From an uncultured bacterium (lineage in GTDB: Bacteria > Bacillota > Clostridia > Christensenellales > UBA1242): 64,000 nucleotides of DNA. Both the position numbers and the translations under genes were made by a program. Shown here piece by piece: positions 57,112-64,000 of the stretch (the first letter of the stretch is position 1; each line of letters starts with the position of its first letter). The DNA is taken from assembly GCA_949474265.1 (NCBI GenBank), contig CASXBC010000001.1:84216-148215 (forward strand), read 5' to 3'. The notes below the pieces were generated by a model, which did no database searches, was not told the origin of the DNA, and worked only from the letters and a program-made list of their open reading frames with translations.

Positions 57112-58932
57112 TTAATTTTCTGAGTTGCTATTTAACGAATTTTTTATAGTATGAGCAAGGCTTTCGTGTATTCCTTTGACAAGGCACAACTCCTCCACAC
57201 TAGCTTTTCTGATATTTTCTGTTGTTCCAAAAGCAGAGAGCAGTGCTTGAATTTTGACTTTGCCAAGTCCAGCTATGTTTTCAAGCTCAGTCGAAGTTTG
57301 ATTTTTTGTGCGAAGTTGTCTATGGAAAGTTATGGCAAAACGGTGAGATTCATCTCTGATGCGTTGCAGCAATTTTAATTCCGCACTTGCAAATTTGAGA
57401 ATGATAGGATTGTTAGTTTTTGTGGTAAATACCTCTTCTTGTCTTTTGGCAAGAGAGATGATTTCAATTTTGTTCTCAAAACCAAATTCTTTTAATATTT
57501 CAAAGCAAGAGGAGAGCTGTCCTTTTCCGCCGTCAATAACAATCAGATTTGGTTTTTCAGAAAAACTTTCACCATTTTTGTCAGCCAAACGCTGAAGTCT
57601 GCGACTAAGTGCCTCTTTCAAGCATTCAAAGTCATTGTTGCCTTCGACAGTTTTAATTTTGAATTTTCTGTATTGTTTTTTGTTTGCTTTACCATTTTCA
57701 AAAACGACCATTGATGCAACCTTATTGCTTCCACCAATGTGAGAGATATCATAGCATTCCATACGCAGAGGAAGCTCTTTCAGTCCCAATTTATCTTGCA
57801 ATTGTTTAACAGCTCCAAGTCCACTGCTGTAAGCAAGTTTTTCTTTCTCTAAATGCTTGGTCAAATATTCCACAGCGTTTTCCTTTGCCATGTTTAAAAG
57901 CCTTAAATTGATTGCGTGTGGGTTTGAGATAATCTTTAAGCTTTTGCTTAAAAAATCTTTGAGCAATTGCTCATTGATTGCATGGCTGACAATTATCTCA
58001 TCTGGCGTGAGTGTAGTTTGATAATATTGTGATATGAAGTTGAACAAAGTCTCCGACTCCTCAAGTTCGGCATCACTTTGAACAAAGTTTGCTACTCCCA
58101 AAATCTTTCCACCACGCACGACAACTACAGTAATCACACCGTTAAGTCCATCTGTGTGATAAGCAAAAATGTCTTTGTCTACATCTTTTGGAAGATTTGC
58201 AACCACTCTCTGCTTTAGCTTTGAAATCATCTTTAAGCATTCTCGAAGCTCTATAGCTCTTTCAAAATTTTCTAAATTCGATGCGGTCTCCATTTTCTTT
58301 TGCAAAATTTCTTCTATTTCATCATCATTGCCGTTTAAAAATCTAATGACTTTTTTTATCTCTTCTGCGTATTCTTCCTTTCCAACTCTGCAAGTGCATG
58401 GTGCAAGACAAAGTCCAAGACTATAGTTTAGACATTCTCTTTTTGCTGGGGTGGTTGTGATTTTTGATTTGCAAGTTCTTATTTTAAAAGCAAAGCTGAT
58501 TGTTTTCAAAATTTCTCTTGGGTCTATGCCGGCGATATATGGTCCAAAATATTTTGCACCATCATCCTTTTTGACTTTCCTCACAATCTCCAATCTTGGA
58601 AAGTCATCTCTCATGTCTATTTTTATATAAGGAAACATCTTTCCATCTTTGAGGAGAATGTTGTAAAAAGGTTGATGTTTGTGAATAAGATTGCTTTCAA
58701 GTGCAAGGGCATCAAGCTCGCTTATTGCAATGAAATAGTCAAAGTCATCAATGGCCTTTACCATTGCTTGAACTTTGCTTGGTTTTGGAGAAGAATGAAA
58801 ATATTGGCTCACACGATTTTTCAAATTCTTCGCTTTACCAATATAAATAATCTCACCCTTTTTGTCTCTCATCACATAGACACCAGGCTTGGTGGTGAGA
58901 GTCTTGAGTTTTGCTTGGATTCTCTCGTTCAT
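57112..58932 (-). CDS. uvrC: excinuclease ABC subunit C
   Basis: GIY-YIG start PGVYVMRDKKGEIIYIGKAKNLKNRVSQYF, UvrBC domain, RNase H-like endonuclease region and C-terminal HhH. The ORF track start at 58971 is an alternative. Confidence 0.93.
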   Translation of the reverse strand: MNERIQAKLKTLTTKPGVYVMRDKKGEIIYIGKAKNLKNRVSQYFHSSPKPSKVQAMVKAIDDFDYFIAISELDALALESNLIHKHQPFYNILLKDGKMFPYIKIDMRDDFPRLEIVRKVKKDDGAKYFGPYIAGIDPREILKTISFAFKIRTCKSKITTTPAKRECLNYSLGLCLAPCTCRVGKEEYAEEIKKVIRFLNGNDDEIEEILQKKMETASNLENFERAIELRECLKMISKLKQRVVANLPKDVDKDIFAYHTDGLNGVITVVVVRGGKILGVANFVQSDAELEESETLFNFISQYYQTTLTPDEIIVSHAINEQLLKDFLSKSLKIISNPHAINLRLLNMAKENAVEYLTKHLEKEKLAYSSGLGAVKQLQDKLGLKELPLRMECYDISHIGGSNKVASMVVFENGKANKKQYRKFKIKTVEGNNDFECLKEALSRRLQRLADKNGESFSEKPNLIVIDGGKGQLSSCFEILKEFGFENKIEIISLAKRQEEVFTTKTNNPIILKFASAELKLLQRIRDESHRFAITFHRQLRTKNQTSTELENIAGLGKVKIQALLSAFGTTENIRKASVEELCLVKGIHESLAHTIKNSLNSNSEN

Positions 58933-59092
58933 GTTTCTATTATATAATTTTTCAACCAAATTACAAATCATTTTAAAAAATTTTACAACATCAAATGTTT
59001 AAGTGTCGTTTATCTTTTGTTTGTTTGCAATATAAATTCTTCAAAAAAAGCTCTGTTTTTAAAGCATCAATTCACTTTTTTTAAGAAAAATG

Positions 59093-59121
59093 TTGTAATT
59101 TGTAATTTTATTTGTTATAAT
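59093..59121 (+). promoter_or_regulatory. promoter (extended -10) of the membrane-protein operon
   Basis: TTGTAA (59093-59098), 17 nt including TGt, TATAAT (59116-59121). AAGGGAGG RBS before the ATG at 59150. Confidence 0.55.
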
Positions 59122-59149
59122 GTGAAAAATAGATAAGGGAGGTCGCAAA

Positions 59150-61597
59150 ATGTCAACTTCGATGCTGTTGGGAATTTTTAGCTGGATAGGGGATTTCTTT
59201 AAAGCTCTTTTCGATATGATTCCAAAGACCATGTATCTTTTGTATGCTTCTTTTGCATGCGTGCTTGATGTTTTGCAGCTCTTCTTCAGAAAACTTGCTG
59301 GTCTTGATGTTTATTATATTGACGGAAAACCTGTTGGAGGTGATATTGTCACAAATTTCATCACAGGTATTTTGGGGATAAACAGTCGTGACTCGCTTCA
59401 TTACTCAGCACTTTCAACAGTTTTTTGGTCAATGGTTGTGTTTGGCATTATTATGTGTTTTGCTTGCACTATTTTTGCTATTATCAAAAGCCATTACACT
59501 TATGATGAGAAAGCTGCTAAGGGTCCAATGCAATATGTTTACACTGCAGGAAAAGCAATTTTAAATATGGCAGTTGTTCCTGTTATCGTTGTTTTGGGAC
59601 TCTATGTTTCAGAAGCGGTTTTAAATGCTCTTGACACAATCACTTCAACAAACAGTGGAACAATTGAACAAACTTTTGGAAAGGATGTCTGCAATGAGTA
59701 TTTTATGACACAGGACACCTCCAGAGGTGCGACAGGTGTTTTAAATGAAAACAAGACTTACATATATTATGACATTTTTGGTTTCTCAGCAGCGATTACT
59801 TATGGTACATCAAAAACTGCGGATGATGGTTGGGCTATCAATAATGATAATTGGCCATCTCAAGGTGCTTATGTTGGAGCAAAAAGTCAACCTTTCTCTG
59901 GCTCTCTGTTTAGAGTGGCTGCATACAACGCAAACCGTGTTCGTATTGGAACAATGAGTATTGAAAAAAGTGGACTCTATAGACAATTTACAGGAAGCCC
60001 AGATGACCCTACTTCAAACTTTTTGAAAAATGCAGAGAATGACCAAGAACTTGCGGATATGATTGATATGCTGTTTGCAAATCATATTCACTTGAAATGG
60101 GAGAAGACGGCAATTCTCAATTATGGTTTTAGTCCAATCTGCTCATTTAAGTATTTCACAAATTTCTTGTCAACAGTTGTACACTCATTCTCAAAATTTA
60201 ATGTTGGACTTGTTTGGTACTACTATGACCTTTGGAGTTTCAACTTTATTGTTGGTTTTGCAGGCTGTATAGTGTGTTTGTCAATCTTCATAAACATTAT
60301 TTTGGGATTGATTACTAGATTGTTTATGTGTATAGTATTGTTCTTGGTGGCTCCTCCACTCTTTGGACTTGCTCCACTTGACGGAGGCAAAGGCGGAAAG
60401 GGTTGGAAAGAAAACTTTATGAAACAAGTTCTGATGGCGTATGGAGCCGTCGTGGGAATGAATCTGGTCTTAATGATTTTACCTTACATGAATGACATTG
60501 ATTTCTTCAACATTCCTATGGCGGATTATTTGGCACAAACCTTGATGATTATTGTGGGCTTGATTACAATCAAAGCTGTGATAGCGACGCTGTCTGGACT
60601 TATTGGTGCAGCTGATGCCAATGAGGCTGGAGGAAAAATCAAAGATGAAGTCGGTGACACCATTGGAAAAGCAACAAAGATGACAATTGGTGCCGCAAAG
60701 CTTGGCAAGAAAGCCTTTGACAAAGTGCCAACACTTCAAGGTATTATGCAATCTACTATTGGTGCTAAACTTGCACAGACAAGTACAGGACAATGGGCTT
60801 CTAAAACAGCAAGCAATATGAAGTCTCGTGTTTTAGGCGGAAAGATTAATGTTGCTAAGCGAGATGAAAATGGAAACATTATGAAAGATGCTAATGGCAA
60901 AACAATAATGGAAGAAAAAGAAGTTGGAGGACTTAAAGGCTTTATAAAAGGCGGAAAATGGACGAAACAATCAATTGTTCAAAATGGTCTTAAGATGGAT
61001 GCAGAAAATGCTGAGGCAAAAGAACTTTCTAGAAGAGGAAAAATGGGTGCGCTTGGCAGACAAAGTGTTAGAGATAAAATGATTAATGAACAGCAGGCAA
61101 AGGTTGACGAAATTGAGAATAAAATGATGTCAGCCACAGGGTTATCTCTTTCAAGATTAACAAAACAAAGAGACAAGGAATCAAAGAAATTAGTTGATAT
61201 GAAGGGTGATGATGGACATGGTGCAAATAGTTCATATTTTGCTGCAGAGAAAGCTAAACTTGATAAGAAGAGAAAAACTGCTAGAACATGGAAAGACAGA
61301 AATAATGTCGCAGCTGCAAACATGCAGAGAAAGATAGATGCTGTTGCTAACGACGATAAAGATAATGGCGGAATATTCAGTCAGGCATTCAAACTTGGCG
61401 GACAGCTTGCTGGCTCTGATTCAGGTATTGGCAAATTCAACGATTCTTCTGGCATCAAGAAGAAACCTGACCATGACAAAGCTACTGCAGACAACACCAA
61501 GGAAATTGCAAAAACTGCTGCTGACACCAATGCACAAATTGGAAACATGGCAACAGCAATTCAAGACTTGGCAAACGAGCTTAAGAAAAAGCCATAG
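59150..61597 (+). CDS. large polytopic membrane protein with a roughly 320-aa basic coiled-coil-like C-terminal tail; unknown function
   Basis: 815 aa. Several hydrophobic helices up to about aa 500, with a hydrophilic loop of about 200 aa. Then a Lys/Ala/Gly-rich hydrophilic tail. No family confidently recognised. Confidence 0.7.
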   Translation: MSTSMLLGIFSWIGDFFKALFDMIPKTMYLLYASFACVLDVLQLFFRKLAGLDVYYIDGKPVGGDIVTNFITGILGINSRDSLHYSALSTVFWSMVVFGIIMCFACTIFAIIKSHYTYDEKAAKGPMQYVYTAGKAILNMAVVPVIVVLGLYVSEAVLNALDTITSTNSGTIEQTFGKDVCNEYFMTQDTSRGATGVLNENKTYIYYDIFGFSAAITYGTSKTADDGWAINNDNWPSQGAYVGAKSQPFSGSLFRVAAYNANRVRIGTMSIEKSGLYRQFTGSPDDPTSNFLKNAENDQELADMIDMLFANHIHLKWEKTAILNYGFSPICSFKYFTNFLSTVVHSFSKFNVGLVWYYYDLWSFNFIVGFAGCIVCLSIFINIILGLITRLFMCIVLFLVAPPLFGLAPLDGGKGGKGWKENFMKQVLMAYGAVVGMNLVLMILPYMNDIDFFNIPMADYLAQTLMIIVGLITIKAVIATLSGLIGAADANEAGGKIKDEVGDTIGKATKMTIGAAKLGKKAFDKVPTLQGIMQSTIGAKLAQTSTGQWASKTASNMKSRVLGGKINVAKRDENGNIMKDANGKTIMEEKEVGGLKGFIKGGKWTKQSIVQNGLKMDAENAEAKELSRRGKMGALGRQSVRDKMINEQQAKVDEIENKMMSATGLSLSRLTKQRDKESKKLVDMKGDDGHGANSSYFAAEKAKLDKKRKTARTWKDRNNVAAANMQRKIDAVANDDKDNGGIFSQAFKLGGQLAGSDSGIGKFNDSSGIKKKPDHDKATADNTKEIAKTAADTNAQIGNMATAIQDLANELKKKP

Positions 61598-61609
61598 TTG
61601 AGGTGACAG

Positions 61610-61840
61610 ATGTCAATCATAAAAGAATTTGGAGAATTGTTTAAAGTTGGGGTTATGTCTGACTCCGCAGTAAAGAAATTTGCTGAAGGGTCAGGCATAG
61701 TACCTGCAAAAGACTATCAGAAAGAAACTGCACAAAACACTGCAAAAATACTTGAAGAAAGTAAGAAAACAGAAGTTGCAGTGGGAGAACTTTCAAAAGC
61801 AATTGCAGAGCTTAGAAAAACAATCTCAAAAAACAAATAA
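61610..61840 (+). CDS. small (76 aa) helical protein, operon partner
   Basis: GAGGTG RBS, 12 nt after the upstream stop. Its C-terminus (VGELSKAIAELRKTISKNK) echoes the C-terminus of the 815-aa protein (MATAIQDLANELKKKP). Confidence 0.55.
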   Translation: MSIIKEFGELFKVGVMSDSAVKKFAEGSGIVPAKDYQKETAQNTAKILEESKKTEVAVGELSKAIAELRKTISKNK

Positions 61841-61869
61841 AAAAAGCTGGAGTTAATCCAGCTTTTTTG
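61841..61869 (+). terminator. rho-independent terminator
   Basis: AAAAAGCTGGA GTTAA TCCAGCTTTTT. Confidence 0.8.
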
Positions 61870-62050
61870 TTTGTTAATTGTTTAAAGAAAGATTTTTAGA
61901 GAGTTAAATAAAAAAATGTTGCCTTAAAAGCATTTATTTGTTGTAAGCGATGACTTATGATAAGGGGTTTCTTAATAAACAAAGCGGCATTAAAGGTGGT
62001 TCGCTTGGCTAGAAGCCAAGACAAAACGAAGTTTTGTGCCTACCAATGAA

Positions 62051-62080
62051 AAATAAAAAAATCTTGCAGTTGCAAGATTG
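62051..62080 (-). terminator. terminator after tRNA-Met
   Basis: The minus strand reads ATCTTGCAACTGCAAGAT followed by TTTTTTTATTTTT. Confidence 0.65.
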
Positions 62081-62085
62081 AGATT

Positions 62086-62162
62086 TGGTGGTGATAGGTG
62101 GGCTCGAACCACCGACCTTATGGGTATGAACCATACGCTCTAGCCAGCTGAGCTACATCACC
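62086..62162 (-). tRNA. tRNA-Met (anticodon CAU, elongator-like)
   Basis: Reverse complement GGTGATGTAGCTCAGCTGGCTAGAGCGTATGGTTCATACCCATAAGGTCGGTGGTTCGAGCCCACCTATCACCACCA. Cloverleaf with a CAT anticodon. A tRNA-Ile2 (lysidine) identity is not excluded. Confidence 0.85.
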
Positions 62163-62236
62163 AAACGTAATCGTATTATACATCAACCGATTACTTTTTG
62201 TCAATTGTTTTCTTAAAATTTATCAATTCAAAATTT

Positions 62237-63010
62237 TTACATTTTCAGAAAATTCCTAAAGGCATAAATCAAACCATTGTCCTCCAAGGTCTTTGTTGTT
62301 AAAGTGGCTCTTGCCTTTACATCTTCTGTAGCATTTCCCATTGCAATTGAAATATCAGTGCAGTCAAACATAGCGAAATCATTTTGAGAATCTCCAATTG
62401 AAACGGTGGTCATGTTTGGATATTTTTCAGATAAAAATTTTACTGCTTGTGCTTTTGAAGAGTGTTTAGGGGTCACATCAGTGTAGTTGTTTGGCATTTT
62501 AAAAAAGTTGAGATGAGGAAAACTGTTTTCAACTTCTTCTGACAAATAGCCTTTTATCCAAAGCTGATAAATTTTTGAGTTTTCAAGGTCTTCAAGAAAT
62601 TCGTTTTCATCAACAATTTTTAGGTTTTCTTTTTTCTTAATATATTCATCTTTTTGTTGGACGGCCTTGTGGGAAAGATTGTCTTTATAAGACCAAACTA
62701 TTTTGTTTTTGCAGATGTATTGGATTAATGGTAAAATTTCATCCTTGCTCCAACTCTTTGCGTTATAAATCAAATTTTGTTTTGGCATTTGATATATGCA
62801 ACTGCCAAAAATAACAGAAAGAAAATCAAAGTTTTCAATGCCCTCAATTGAAAGAGTTGAATTGAGGTCCCTGCCTGTGGAAATGACAAAAATGTGTCCA
62901 GCAGTTTTTAGTTTTTTGATTTCTTGAAGAATTTCTGGTTTGATTTTTCTTCCGCCATACTCTACTAATGTGCCGTCAATATCAATAAAAATTAAATACT
63001 TGTTTTTCAT
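62237..63010 (-). CDS. Cof-type HAD-IIB phosphatase
   Basis: GGAG RBS then ATG at 63010 (MKNKYLIFIDIDGTLV). C-terminal GDSQNDFAMF motif. Confidence 0.8.
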   Translation of the reverse strand: MKNKYLIFIDIDGTLVEYGGRKIKPEILQEIKKLKTAGHIFVISTGRDLNSTLSIEGIENFDFLSVIFGSCIYQMPKQNLIYNAKSWSKDEILPLIQYICKNKIVWSYKDNLSHKAVQQKDEYIKKKENLKIVDENEFLEDLENSKIYQLWIKGYLSEEVENSFPHLNFFKMPNNYTDVTPKHSSKAQAVKFLSEKYPNMTTVSIGDSQNDFAMFDCTDISIAMGNATEDVKARATLTTKTLEDNGLIYAFRNFLKM

Positions 63011-63138
63011 ACTTTCTCCAATTGAGACAATTATAGCATAAGCTAAACAATTTTCAAAATGATAAGTTTTGTGATAGTTTATTGATTGCTTGCTTAAAAA
63101 ATTAAAATAGTTTAAAATAGACATGTAAGGAGTTTATT

Positions 63139-63558
63139 ATGATTGAAGAACAAATTAAAAAAGCCAATATTGAAGCGATGAAAAACAAGGATGTAGTGGC
63201 AAGAGGTTTTTATAGCGTATTGATGAACAAAGTTTTGCTTGAAAAGATTGCAAAAGGCGACAGAAATCAGATGCTTGCCGATGCAGATATGTCAAATATT
63301 TTGCAAAAGACAATAAAAGAACTTACTGACGAAAAAGCAAACTATGAAAAAGTGGGAAATGCAGATGAGGTTGCAAGAATTGCTCGTCAAATTGAGATTG
63401 CATCATCTTATTTGCCAAAAATGCTTTCAAAAGAAGAAATCAAGGCAGTGATTGACAGTCTTGATGACAAAAGTGTGCCAACTGTTATGAAACACTTTAA
63501 AGCAAATTTTAATGGTCAAGTTGACATGAGACTTGTTCAGGAAGTTTTGAAGGGTTAG
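63139..63558 (+). CDS. GatB/YqeY-domain protein
   Basis: AAGGAG RBS. The 139-aa helical protein has a YqeY-like start IKKANIEAMKNKD and an ...ASSYLPKMLSKEEI pattern. Confidence 0.75.
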   Translation: MIEEQIKKANIEAMKNKDVVARGFYSVLMNKVLLEKIAKGDRNQMLADADMSNILQKTIKELTDEKANYEKVGNADEVARIARQIEIASSYLPKMLSKEEIKAVIDSLDDKSVPTVMKHFKANFNGQVDMRLVQEVLKG

Positions 63559-63559
63559 T

Positions 63560-64000
63560 ATGAAAGTTTACTCAATCAGTGATTTGCACTTGTCAGTAAA
63601 CAATCCAAAGCCAATGGATATTTTTGGCCCAACGTGGGATGGTTATCTAGATAAGATAATAGCACAATGGAAAGAGACTGTTGAAGCAGAAGATTTGGTT
63701 TTGCTGGCTGGTGATTTTTCTTGGGCAATGAAACTTGAAGATGCCGTTGCAGATTTTAAGCTACTTGAAGATTTGCCAGGCAAAAAAATAATAATTCGTG
63801 GTAATCATGATTATTGGTGGAAGAGCATAAGTGCTGTTCGGTCTATTTTGCCAGAAAATTTTTACGCAGTCCAGAATGATGCCTTAAAATTTGGAGACTA
63901 TATTATTTGTGGAACTAGACTTTGGAATCTTCCTGACAAAAACAAAGCAATGACACCTGAGAATGAAAAGATTTACAGGAGAGAGTTAATTCGCCTGGAG
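63560..64000 (+). CDS. metallophosphoesterase (3' end outside the window)
   Basis: ISDLHLS, LAGDFSW and RGNHDYWW motifs. The frame stays open to the window end. Confidence 0.75.
   Translation, partial: MKVYSISDLHLSVNNPKPMDIFGPTWDGYLDKIIAQWKETVEAEDLVLLAGDFSWAMKLEDAVADFKLLEDLPGKKIIIRGNHDYWWKSISAVRSILPENFYAVQNDALKFGDYIICGTRLWNLPDKNKAMTPENEKIYRRELIRLE

Noticed and set aside
59150-62162. tRNA-Met-adjacent two-gene block as an integrated mobile element or genomic island
   Set aside because: No integrase, relaxase or phage genes. No direct repeat of the tRNA 3' end was found. The 9-nt match GGTGGTTCG (about 61996) to the tRNA T-arm is inverted and short enough to be chance.

Overview
AT-rich chromosomal segment that looks like an anaerobic, probably spore-forming Bacillota (Firmicutes) genome. 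It uses the standard code, AGGAGG-type RBSs and many rho-independent terminators. Housekeeping genes include dapA plus aspartokinase, rdgB, nrdD/nrdG, dut, tmk, ppa, purA, uvrC and three tRNAs (Ser-UGA, Arg-ACG, Met-CAU). Other genes include a desulfoferrodoxin, a Dam-type methylase, a Spo0A-C-terminal-domain-only protein and a BclA-like collagen-repeat protein. One uninterrupted 28.2-kb ORF dominates the window (16530-44705, about 9,391 aa, 44% of the window). It encodes a giant modular surface protein with an N-terminal signal/anchor and a unique head of about 365 aa. By hand count it then has about 56 Listeria-Bacteroides (InlB B-repeat) type units, about 20 MucBP-like units and about 20 divergent B-repeat-like units. 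It ends in a C-terminal transmembrane tail anchor with no LPXTG motif. It has its own promoter, a leader of about 150 nt carrying a terminator-like hairpin, and a strong terminator. Secondary points of interest: a C9 homopolymer frameshift splitting a NUDIX gene, and an in-frame G9 tract inside tmk. Others are a Dam methylase translationally coupled to an unknown ORF, a polytopic 815-aa membrane protein with a 76-aa partner next to tRNA-Met, and a 367-bp convergent intergenic region (4 G/C in the 120 nt counted). No CRISPR array, transposase, integrase or rRNA was seen. All family names come from motif recognition by eye, not from searches.
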